Positions 56,054-64,000 of a DNA stretch of 64,000 nt are shown here, piece by piece. Source of the DNA: an uncultured Candidatus Saccharibacteria bacterium (GTDB lineage: Bacteria > Patescibacteriota > Doudnabacteria > UBA920); assembly GCA_964490395.1 (NCBI GenBank), contig CAZBAS010000003.1, positions 8,636 through 72,635 on the forward strand. The letters run 5' to 3'. Numbering within the stretch: position 1 is the stretch's first letter; every line of letters starts with the position of its first letter. A program made the translations under genes and the position numbers. The notes below the pieces were generated by a model. It made no database searches. It saw only the letters and a program-made list of their open reading frames with translations, and had not been told where the DNA came from.

Positions 56054-57685
56054 TTAATTTAGTGAAGCAGCGAAAACCGTAATAGGAGTGGTGTCGTATA
56101 CGCTCGTGATGTAACTGTAATTTGGGTGTTGCTGCGCAAATGGCTCTAGGCAATTTTTTCGTGCTGAATCTTGGCCGCGACACACTATGTACCAGACTAC
56201 GGGGGCGCTAGTAGATATTCTCGTGTAACCACTCGGTGTTGCGGTGGTGATGGAAGTGAGTTGCATACCCAACTTTTTTTCAAGGGGTGCCCATAGGTAT
56301 GCGGTATGTTCGCTGGTAAAAGTGTCATTGTCATAGCCAAAGACGGCAACATCAAAAAAGTAGTAATCCTTTAAGCCCCTTTGCGTTTTTTGACCCTCTA
56401 TATTTTCTATAACGCTTTGTAGTATATTGTTTTTTTGTTCAATGGATGCTTTTACTAAAGCGGGCTGGGAAAGGCAGAATAGCGTAGCGTGGGTGGCTAG
56501 CAATATACTTAACATGCAAAATATCCAACGCGCTGATTGAGCGATTAGCGCGCTCATGAGGAGGGTTAGGAAAATTATTTCCAGGGGCAGAAGGGGTAAA
56601 AAGTAATATGACCATACATTTTGTAAAAAAGATGCGGCAATTATGAAAAGCAAAAAAGCGAGCGCGATGATGCCAAGTACCTTCCGTTGTACGCGCGCGC
56701 TTTTATATACGCCATATGCCGTGAGCAGTGTGGTGAGTATTATTTGAAATATATAGGAAAACCTGGTATTCCCCAGGCCGAGTAGCTGCTTTGTACTCGA
56801 TGATATTTGCCGAGCAAGTTGCAAAAAGGTGTCCTGTAATCCGTGCTCAGTAGGGTTGCTAAACCCAGCAGCGAAGTTAGAGCGGTGAGGGTGTACTACT
56901 AAGCCCAAAAGCAGCGGGCCATATAATACCAGTAGCATACTCGTTACTAGGCCCAGAACTATTACCCTATCTCTCGTTGAAAACTGCTTCAATTTCCAAG
57001 CGTATACTGTGTACCAAATAGGAAAAAGTAAGAAGAATGAGTTGTGCACAGCTCCGGCAAGCAGGGTAAGAACCAGGCTCCATATGAGTGGAGTCCGTTT
57101 GTTTGTGAAAAGTGCTCGTGCCCCGCTTGTGTAGGCAAATACGGCCATTGAGAGCATGAAATATGGTTGCCACACTGATTGGGAATATTCTGTAATATTC
57201 GGTAGATAAAAAAGAAATAAGCTGGCTGCAAATAGTCCTGCCCACTTATCTGTGAGCTGTTTTACTACATAATACAACGATATGCCTGCGGCTATTTGGC
57301 TTGCTATGTTTACTAAAACGAGCATGAGCGGGCTGTCCCACAACCATAAGCATGGTGCAAGAAGCCAGTAGTATATAGGGCTATTAAAAAAACCGGCTAA
57401 GGCGCCGTTCCATGGCCCGGCCAATGGAATTTCCCAGCCCAAGGCTGCGTGCCGGGCTATAAGATAGTCTCGCAGTGGCTCTGCTTGGGTGTGGTCCAAG
57501 ATGGGGTAATGAAGCTGAAAAAGGCGAATGAACACCGCAGAGCCAATCAGTATGAAAAAGAGGGCCGTTACAGGGGTGGGGTGCAGTGCTTGGAGTGCTA
57601 GATCTTTAAAAAAAGACTCTAAGGTTTTTATTCTATTTCTAAGCCACTGCTTTACGGCATTAAGTGGTGAAGGTGTTGGGTGCAT
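56054..57685 (-). CDS. Polytopic membrane protein, probable GT-C fold glycosyltransferase (ArnT/PMT-like)
   Basis: 543 aa with at least 11 TM helices, a first periplasmic loop carrying acidic residues, and a soluble C-terminal domain. The architecture is typical of GT-C enzymes, but no diagnostic motif was verified. Confidence 0.35.
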   Translation of the reverse strand: MHPTPSPLNAVKQWLRNRIKTLESFFKDLALQALHPTPVTALFFILIGSAVFIRLFQLHYPILDHTQAEPLRDYLIARHAALGWEIPLAGPWNGALAGFFNSPIYYWLLAPCLWLWDSPLMLVLVNIASQIAAGISLYYVVKQLTDKWAGLFAASLFLFYLPNITEYSQSVWQPYFMLSMAVFAYTSGARALFTNKRTPLIWSLVLTLLAGAVHNSFFLLFPIWYTVYAWKLKQFSTRDRVIVLGLVTSMLLVLYGPLLLGLVVHPHRSNFAAGFSNPTEHGLQDTFLQLARQISSSTKQLLGLGNTRFSYIFQIILTTLLTAYGVYKSARVQRKVLGIIALAFLLFIIAASFLQNVWSYYFLPLLPLEIIFLTLLMSALIAQSARWIFCMLSILLATHATLFCLSQPALVKASIEQKNNILQSVIENIEGQKTQRGLKDYYFFDVAVFGYDNDTFTSEHTAYLWAPLEKKLGMQLTSITTATPSGYTRISTSAPVVWYIVCRGQDSARKNCLEPFAQQHPNYSYITSVYDTTPITVFAASLN

Positions 57686-57855
57686 ATACTGCTAAAAGTT
57701 GGTAATCTATGTTCGTAATTGCTAAGCAAGGGTTGTATCCCGGTGTAGTTAGTGTCGATACCTAATCCGGGGCAATGGTATGAAGTGTACGTAGGTATTA
57801 TACCGTAAGCGCATCTCTTCTGTGGTAAAATAGCTATGTTGGCAAGCGACAGAAT

Positions 57856-58962
57856 ATGAACCAAAAAAATAAAATATACATACTATTTGCAGGCGTACTT
57901 CTGTTGGCAGTGATTGCTGCGGTATATTTTGTAGTGGTAAATAACCGGGGTGTAGAACCTCTGGTAACGGTACCGGCTAGGGAAGATGTAAGTATAACTA
58001 CGCAAGAGGGCGTTGCTGCACTGCGTACTTCATGGGCAGATTTGATAGGTAAACAGGGGGGAAAGGCTGCATATGAAGTGTTTTCTAAGCAAACTGCGCA
58101 GTTCCCGCTTTCGGATCAGCACCTCTCTGCTCATATTTTTGGCCAACAATTATATAAAAAAGAAGGCCTTCCTGGTGTAGTAGTCTGTAATTCAGATTTT
58201 GGCTTCGGATGCTTTCATGGTTTTTTTGGCGCAGCGGTTGCCGAGGGTGGGCTTGCGCAAGTTGCGTCACTAGATAAGGTGTGTGTTACAGCATTTGGCT
58301 CCCTGGGCACTGGCTGTCAGCACGGCATTGGTCATGGAATTATGGAGTACTTTGGCTCGGGTCATTTGGAAGATGCCCTGGCGGCATGTAAAGATACAAC
58401 TCAAAAAAGCTTTTTGTTTGGCTGTACTTCTGGAGTGTTTATGGAATACAACGCTCCTACCATACTATCTGATACTGCCGCCCAAACAGAAGCGCGTCCT
58501 TTGGATAAAAAGCACCCTCTTCTGCCTTGCACAGATTTGCCCAATAGGGGCTTTAGACTTTCGTGTCTATATGAACTTGCTCAGTTTTGGCAGCGGACCA
58601 ATCCATTTCCCGTCATGGGTGAATGGTGCGGGACTCTTACCGTTCCTGAGGAAAAGTCTGTGTGCATGTATGGAGTGGCAAATATGATTGCCGTGCGCAC
58701 CAACTTCGACGTTTCTGCTGCCGTGCAAGAATGTAAAAATTTTTCTACCACTGCCTTGGTTAAGGCCTGTGCTGCTGGGGCTGCCTGGTCGTTCTATGCT
58801 CAGCCAGGTAAAAAAAGTATGGTCCCTGCAGTCTGTAGTGAAGATGCGTCTTGTTTGCGAGAGGCAGTCTTAATTTGTAATTTTATGCCCAATCAGGCGG
58901 ACAAAGCAGCGTGTTTAGTCTCGAATGATTTAACTCCACCTAACAGAGAAGATAAACACTAA
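57856..58962 (+). CDS. Cys/His-rich membrane-anchored extracytoplasmic protein, paralog family member A2
   Basis: HLSAHIFG, CNSDFGFGCFHGFFG, GCQHGIGHGIM and GCTSGVFMEY align closely with the motifs of 53405. Confidence 0.55.
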   Translation: MNQKNKIYILFAGVLLLAVIAAVYFVVVNNRGVEPLVTVPAREDVSITTQEGVAALRTSWADLIGKQGGKAAYEVFSKQTAQFPLSDQHLSAHIFGQQLYKKEGLPGVVVCNSDFGFGCFHGFFGAAVAEGGLAQVASLDKVCVTAFGSLGTGCQHGIGHGIMEYFGSGHLEDALAACKDTTQKSFLFGCTSGVFMEYNAPTILSDTAAQTEARPLDKKHPLLPCTDLPNRGFRLSCLYELAQFWQRTNPFPVMGEWCGTLTVPEEKSVCMYGVANMIAVRTNFDVSAAVQECKNFSTTALVKACAAGAAWSFYAQPGKKSMVPAVCSEDASCLREAVLICNFMPNQADKAACLVSNDLTPPNREDKH

Positions 58963-58965
58963 CCT

Positions 58966-60423
58966 ATGTCTTCCAAAGTATTCAGTTTCTGTGTTCGGTT
59001 TTTAGTTCCATTTTGCATTGTGCTCGGTTTGGGGCTTTGGGGTGTGTGGCACTGGCATGTCTTACACCTGTCTCAATCGCCACGGGTTACCGTTGTGGAG
59101 CTCACTGACTCGGGCTTCTTGCCTTCCCATATTTCCGTGGACGTGGGACAAACAGTTCGTTTTGTGAATAAGTCCTCCCATGACTTTTGGCCTGCATCGG
59201 ACTTGCATCCGACTCACACTCTGTATCCTGAATTTGATGCGCATGCACCTATCGGAACGAATGGTGAGTGGGCTTTTGTGTTCACGCGAGTTGGGGAGTG
59301 GCACTATCACGATCATCTTTCGCCGAGTATGCGAGGGGTTGTAGTGGTGGGAGGGCTTTCTGGTAGTTCGGAAACTAAAGAGTGCTCTGTGGTGGCCGAC
59401 AAATCGGAAAAGCAGGCCTGTTGGAACCGAGTCATTATTTCGCTGCTTAACACAAAAGGGGTCGCAGCGGCGTTGCAATATATAAGTATGGCGTATACTC
59501 AAGATTCTGTTTTTGCAACAGACTGTCATGACTATCTCCATAAAGTGGGCGAAGCCGTGTATGATCAGCATATTCCACTTACGAGTGAGCTGGGTCCCGA
59601 GACGAATTTTTGCGGGTATGGATTTTTCCACGGGTACATGGAGCGTCTTCTAACGGTCTCAGGGGACATAACAGAGGCATCGGTGTTTTGCGAGAAAGTA
59701 AGCACTGTGGCTGCTCAGGTTACAGCGGATGCATGCTTGCATGGATTTGGCCACGGACTGTTTGCATCTGCTGTAGAAAAAGGTGGCGGCAACCTTCTTC
59801 CAGAATCTGTAGTCGCCACAGCCTTGGTGGGTTGTGAAAAATTGGGCGGGGGACAAACAGAGAAGGCTGCGCGTTGTTCCTCAGGGGTGTATATGGAGTT
59901 GGGGACGGACGAAGGCGCAGGACAATACAATTTACACATCAATGCTACGGATCCGCTCGGTATATGTATGATACAACCCACTATATACAAGGCTGACTGT
60001 TATCGCCAGATGCAGGTCGTAATCTTGAATATCGCGAATGGTAATATACGAAAAGGCCTTGAATACTCCGAACGCATGCCTGATGCAGATTTTGCGGCAA
60101 CCAGTGTGGAAACCTACATGGGTGGTGCGACCAAGTTGGGTCAGGATGGGGTAAAAGATGCAACAGCAAGTTGCAGGAATATAGTGGCAAAGTTCCAGCC
60201 AGCGTGTATAAGTGGTATCGCCCTGGCGCATATGCTCCGCGGGGCACCTGGTAAGGAGGCTGTGCAGGCTCTGGAGTACTGCAATGGCGACCTGTTAACA
60301 AAAACAGAAGGTATGGCATGCCGGTCGTATGTCATCCGATACGCCCGGAATGCCTACAATCCCTCAGTGCTGCAAACTATCTGCGCTTCTTTGCCTGCCA
60401 GTGAGCAGTCGGAATGTAAATAA
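58966..60423 (+). CDS. Cys/His-rich paralog family member B2 with an N-terminal cupredoxin-like domain fusion
   Basis: Starts 4 nt after A2. The N-terminal domain VVELTDSGFLPSHISVDVGQTVRFVNKSSHDF...GEWHYHDHLSPSMRGVVVV follows the cupredoxin pattern with His in place of Cys. The CHDYLHKVG, FCGYGFFHGYMERLL, ACLHGFGHGLF and RCSSGVYMELG motifs follow. Confidence 0.55.
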   Translation: MSSKVFSFCVRFLVPFCIVLGLGLWGVWHWHVLHLSQSPRVTVVELTDSGFLPSHISVDVGQTVRFVNKSSHDFWPASDLHPTHTLYPEFDAHAPIGTNGEWAFVFTRVGEWHYHDHLSPSMRGVVVVGGLSGSSETKECSVVADKSEKQACWNRVIISLLNTKGVAAALQYISMAYTQDSVFATDCHDYLHKVGEAVYDQHIPLTSELGPETNFCGYGFFHGYMERLLTVSGDITEASVFCEKVSTVAAQVTADACLHGFGHGLFASAVEKGGGNLLPESVVATALVGCEKLGGGQTEKAARCSSGVYMELGTDEGAGQYNLHINATDPLGICMIQPTIYKADCYRQMQVVILNIANGNIRKGLEYSERMPDADFAATSVETYMGGATKLGQDGVKDATASCRNIVAKFQPACISGIALAHMLRGAPGKEAVQALEYCNGDLLTKTEGMACRSYVIRYARNAYNPSVLQTICASLPASEQSECK

Positions 60424-60465
60424 ATTCCTGCTATACTATACGTAAATCCGAGTTTTACCCAAGCA

Positions 60466-61017
60466 ATGCTCATAAGTCTCATAGAGATGAACTTTTTTAA
60501 ATATTTTATTCTATTTATAGTTCCCTTTTTACTTTTTACCCCAGTGTATGCGCACGTTGCGGGTTCTTCGTGGGAGCAAGTCTATGGTGATTATAAAGTA
60601 GATGTAGGGTATGATCCTACAACTTTTACTGTGGGTGAACCGCAGCGATTAGATTTTAATGTAGTCAAAGAGCAGGGTGGGGAAGATGTACCTTTTGCAG
60701 ATGTATGGGTGCGTATAGCCCAGGGAAATAAAACAGTGTTCGCGAGCGGTATACACAAACCAAGCCTCGGTAAAACAGGTATGACCTTTACGTTTCCTGA
60801 GGCAGGGGAGTACTTGCTTTCTGCGCGGTTTGAAAACTCCAGTGGTACTGTGGTAGATTCAAGTTTTCCTGTAACCGTACAGGCAGTGCAGCCAGACCCT
60901 GCTACAACCAAATCTACAAAAAATAAAACAGTCCTTTTGTGGGCTGGCTGGTCTGTGGCGTTTGTAAGTACTGGCGTTGCCGTGTACGCATTCGCGCGTA
61001 AGAAAAAAGCAATATAA
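60466..61017 (+). CDS. YcnI-like (DUF1775-type) putative copper-binding protein with N-terminal His after the signal peptide and a C-terminal TM anchor
   Basis: The signal peptide ends ...PVYA|HVAGSSWEQ, so His would be the first mature residue with a nearby Trp. It is followed by a beta-rich domain of about 120 aa and a C-terminal TM helix (LWAGWSVAFVSTGVAVYAF). Confidence 0.4.
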   Translation: MLISLIEMNFFKYFILFIVPFLLFTPVYAHVAGSSWEQVYGDYKVDVGYDPTTFTVGEPQRLDFNVVKEQGGEDVPFADVWVRIAQGNKTVFASGIHKPSLGKTGMTFTFPEAGEYLLSARFENSSGTVVDSSFPVTVQAVQPDPATTKSTKNKTVLLWAGWSVAFVSTGVAVYAFARKKKAI

Positions 61018-61021
61018 CACT

Positions 61022-61576
61022 ATGAACCAAAAAACAAAATATATACTAAGCATAATTGTAGGTTTTGTTTTAGTATTTGCCATTGGCATTTCGGCAATAA
61101 AGATTTTTCGCGCAAAACGCAGCACAGCACCCGAGGCGGACGTCTCTGCTATAACAAATGTGCAGCCGGTTCAGTCAAAAGTATTAACACCCGTCCAAAA
61201 ACAAGTGCAAGAGCTTCGCGCTGAGCAATTTAGTTTGCCCGCAGAGGTTCGATCTGCCGATTTAGTATTTGCAGATTTGCCACCTGTACTTCAAACTGCA
61301 TTCAAGAAGCACGCAGCAAGTGCAACGGTGTACGGAGTTACGTATGCTCAAGATAAAATTGGTTTTCGCTTAGAACAAGACGTTGCCATGCCCATGGATA
61401 AGCTCGCGCAGCAGTGGCAAGACCAGCTCATGGCCTCTAAGCAGTTCTTAAGCTCTAAAAACGATCCAACCGAAATTGTCTATGCTGCAAAGATAGAAAA
61501 CTACAAAGTGCTTTTAACATTTTCACAATTGACGAGCAGCTCCACGGGGGAGAGTATACGCGCAATAGAAGAGTAG
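61022..61576 (+). CDS. Hypothetical membrane-anchored protein
   Basis: The start was moved to the internal Met (MNQKTKYILSIIVGF) to avoid a 41-nt overlap with the upstream gene. One TM helix. Confidence 0.4.
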   Translation: MNQKTKYILSIIVGFVLVFAIGISAIKIFRAKRSTAPEADVSAITNVQPVQSKVLTPVQKQVQELRAEQFSLPAEVRSADLVFADLPPVLQTAFKKHAASATVYGVTYAQDKIGFRLEQDVAMPMDKLAQQWQDQLMASKQFLSSKNDPTEIVYAAKIENYKVLLTFSQLTSSSTGESIRAIEE

Positions 61577-61583
61577 TATATTT

Positions 61584-62432
61584 ATGAATATTAACAGACG
61601 CGAATTTATCAAAACAGCTGCAGCCGCTACAGTACCTTTGCTTGCAGATACAACGGTTGGCCGTGCAGCCGAACTGCTTGATGCTGATAGAGAGAATAAG
61701 AAAGTTGAATATAAAGAACCTGCACCGGAAGTTGATCGGCAACGCCAACAAGCAGCTTGTTATGTGCGTGCCCTTAAATATGAGCCTGGAAAAGGATTGC
61801 AGTCGGAGCAGGGAAGTGGGACCTTGCTAGGGTCTGGTTCAGATTTGTACATTGTAACTGCTTACCATGTTGCAAAGGCTTTTGGAAAGGAAGGCGCATC
61901 GGTATATATCCCTGGCGCTCGTGCGTGCAATGCGCGTATTGTGTACTCAGACAATGAATTAGACCATGCCCTCATGAAGATTAGTTTTTCTGGGTCTGCG
62001 GAGGACGCTGAAAAAAGTTACAAAGAAATGGCTGAGCGAAGTTACGGCTTGAGTGATAGCTCTCCGACGGCGGAGGCACACGAAGAAATTCCTGCTGGTC
62101 CATTTTTTATCTATAATGAAGGCGCTATTTCAGGGCAACAGGGTGGAGCTGTAGATACTCGTAGGGTGGCCATTAATCCAAAAAAAGTTCGACAAGTTCC
62201 TTATTCATTGGAAAATGGTGCGCCCAGGGTGCAGACTCTTTTCTTTGAGGGTGTAACTTTTAATCATGGCCAATCTGGTAGTTTGGTATACGATGCTGAC
62301 CGGCCTGTAGGCATAGCGTTTGCAAACGTCAAAGTAGATGGGAAAAGTGGCGTTCTTCTGGTCCCCTGGGGAAAGGTGAAAGATTCCATACGGCAATATG
62401 AGCCCCTGGCGAAAGACATTGCAAAAAAATAG
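61584..62432 (+). CDS. Tat-signal trypsin-like (S1 family) serine protease
   Basis: Tat motif RREFIKTAAAATVPLLA, a His-containing TAYHV segment (GSGTLLGSGSDLYIVTAYHVAKAF) and a Ser-containing GQSGS segment (NHGQSGSLVYDA). Confidence 0.6.
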   Translation: MNINRREFIKTAAAATVPLLADTTVGRAAELLDADRENKKVEYKEPAPEVDRQRQQAACYVRALKYEPGKGLQSEQGSGTLLGSGSDLYIVTAYHVAKAFGKEGASVYIPGARACNARIVYSDNELDHALMKISFSGSAEDAEKSYKEMAERSYGLSDSSPTAEAHEEIPAGPFFIYNEGAISGQQGGAVDTRRVAINPKKVRQVPYSLENGAPRVQTLFFEGVTFNHGQSGSLVYDADRPVGIAFANVKVDGKSGVLLVPWGKVKDSIRQYEPLAKDIAKK

Positions 62433-62665
62433 GCATATGCTGATTTCTGCCTATATTATCAATAGTAAATTTTTCTAAATTTGCATATTTTCCATGATAA
62501 TGGTATAGTACGCAAAATGGATTTGTTAATCATCACTCGTGTGTTTTTGGATAGATATAACGTTTACTAAGAGTTTACATTTATCCAATAGGATGCGAAG
62601 CCTATAGCTGTCATAAATCATGGCAGTATACTGTCACTCCATCATCGGACGATGATAGGTAGTGA

Positions 62666-63379
62666 TTGACCGAAACCTGTTCTCTTCAGCGAGTTAGGAG
62701 GAAACTCATGCGTAAGCTGTTTTTTGTCGTCGCAATTTTATCCCTGCTTCCATTAGCTGTGAGGGGGCAGGAGAAGCAAACTTTTTCCGTCAATGGCTAC
62801 AGTCTCATTTTAGAAGTAGGGCAGTCAGCCGTCTATAAAAATCAGGAAATGACGATGCGGTCTGATAAGGAAAATTTTTGTCTCAAAAATGAGACTGGTG
62901 CCTGTATTGAAGGGTTTACAGGGGTCGTAAGTGGCGTAAAGCTCATTCTCGCGGATGCAAAAGGGGGTAGGCTGCCTAAGCAGATATATCTCCGTGAAAG
63001 AGTTACGACCATAGCTAGCTATAATGGCTGGCGTGCTAGGGATCCTTTTGAAGTAAAAGTTCCCTTTGTTATTAACTCTGATAGAAAAGTTGGTATTATT
63101 ACCGATATTCAATCATCGGGTTATACCATCAAGGATGTCATAAGCGAGACCGAGGCTGAGTGTGACTGCGACCTGCAACCTCACGAAATAGAAAGAGTTC
63201 GATTTTCATACCTTATGTCTTTTCTATTTGGCGGAGCTTATTTTCGCCAGGAGCTTTGGCTAGTAGAGAAGCGAGGTGATGAACATTTAATCGGGACCTT
63301 GGTCTGGCAACACACAGGAAAAGAGGTGTTGCTAAAGGGCATGGCGAATAATAGCGGTGAGGTGATCGCCGCTCGATAA
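62666..63379 (+). CDS. Hypothetical secreted protein
   Basis: 237 aa with an N-terminal signal peptide. No known motif. Confidence 0.4.
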   Translation: MTETCSLQRVRRKLMRKLFFVVAILSLLPLAVRGQEKQTFSVNGYSLILEVGQSAVYKNQEMTMRSDKENFCLKNETGACIEGFTGVVSGVKLILADAKGGRLPKQIYLRERVTTIASYNGWRARDPFEVKVPFVINSDRKVGIITDIQSSGYTIKDVISETEAECDCDLQPHEIERVRFSYLMSFLFGGAYFRQELWLVEKRGDEHLIGTLVWQHTGKEVLLKGMANNSGEVIAAR

Positions 63380-63732
63380 AAACAATGCAGTTTAAGCAAA
63401 GGAACCAAATAGGGATAATCGGCCAATTCGATTAGACTTCTTTGGTTCCTTTTAGTTTATGCTTTGACCCCTTGCTATTTATATATGGAAGTGGTATACC
63501 GTATTTAATTTACATACGTGAATATGGTTTCGCGTCCCGTTGGCTACATATAAGCTTTTGCTTACTGGGTACCAATAGGACGAGAAATTGGCAAGCGCTA
63601 AAATTTCTCCTATATGTAACTGAATGCCAGTTGCATAGCGCACTACAACTTTATACGCATGCATCGTAAGCATGAAATAAAGTAGTATTGCTGGGTCGCG
63701 TTGTTCTTTTCTTTTTCATCTGGAGGTAAGCG

Positions 63733-64000
63733 ATGAAATTTAAACTATTCTGTCTTGTTGGGCTGGGTTTGCTTGGGCTGGTAATGGTTAGTCAAAACTC
63801 TACACCTGATAATCCGTTCCCTTCGTCCTCAGTGCAGGCCGCACCAGTTATTGCAGCTCGTTCGGCCGCTTGCTATTTGCGCAAGATATCTGGGGGTAGC
63901 GGGCAAAACCAATTTCAGCAGGGAAGTGGTACTCTGTTGCAGATTGGGGGATTGCCAGGGACGTATGTTTTAACTGCTTATCACGTCACCCATGGTATGG
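63733..64000 (+). CDS. Second trypsin-like serine protease paralog (5' part; runs off the window)
   Basis: Translation from the ATG at 63733: signal peptide MKFKLFCLVGLGLLGLVMV ... GSGTLLQIGGLPGTYVLTAYHVTHG. This is homologous to the N-terminus of the 61584 protein. Confidence 0.5.
   Translation, partial: MKFKLFCLVGLGLLGLVMVSQNSTPDNPFPSSSVQAAPVIAARSAACYLRKISGGSGQNQFQQGSGTLLQIGGLPGTYVLTAYHVTHGM

Overview
This 64 kb window looks like a small-genome, AT-leaning bacterial chromosome, most likely of the Patescibacteria/CPR type such as Saccharibacteria or Parcubacteria; that assignment is inference. The standard genetic code appears to be used, coding density is high on both strands, and many genes encode membrane-anchored or secreted proteins. 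Recognisable housekeeping genes include an archaeal-type AspRS with a candidate T-box leader, pcrA/uvrD, rsmA, radA, recG, rsmE, clpC, comF, recX, htpX, lemA, a four-helix-bundle protein, an ECF sigma with an anti-sigma-like partner, an SDR epimerase, an M24 peptidase and DsbA. There are three tRNAs: Arg-CCG, Ser-TGA and Ser-GCT. Five stretches deserve attention. (1) From about 7.1 to 22.7 kb there is a type-IV-secretion-like locus: a VirB3-like small membrane protein, a VirB4 ATPase split into two ORFs, a 1253-aa VirB6/TrbL-like polytopic protein with a Q/N-rich tail, and giant Cys-rich secreted proteins. No relaxase or VirD4 lies in the window. (2) An approximately 80-bp inverted-repeat element (AAAGTTCATAAAGT ... 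ACTTTAYRAACTTTAAGAACT) is conserved upstream of both rsmA and the virB3-like gene. (3) tRNA-Ser(TGA) has a GIY-YIG gene next to it, and beyond that a truncated copy of the tRNA 5' half fused to a GC-rich double-hairpin repeat. tRNA-Ser(GCT) is followed 190 bp downstream by a duplicate of its 3' end, and each copy carries its own terminator. (4) Two ORF-free stretches of about 0.9 kb each, one ending in a clean terminator, are candidate ncRNA or small-ORF loci. (5) The best candidate for an undescribed system lies at 51.8-62.4 kb. DsbA and a cupredoxin-like protein are followed by two tandem, translationally coupled pairs of paralogous membrane-anchored Cys/His-rich extracytoplasmic proteins that share CxHGxGHG, HxxGH and CxxGxxME motifs; one of them is fused to a cupredoxin-like domain. 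The two pairs flank a GT-C-like polytopic glycosyltransferase. Downstream come a YcnI-like protein with an N-terminal His after its signal peptide and C-terminal anchor, and two Tat-signal trypsin-like proteases. No CRISPR array, rRNA gene or classical transposase was seen.
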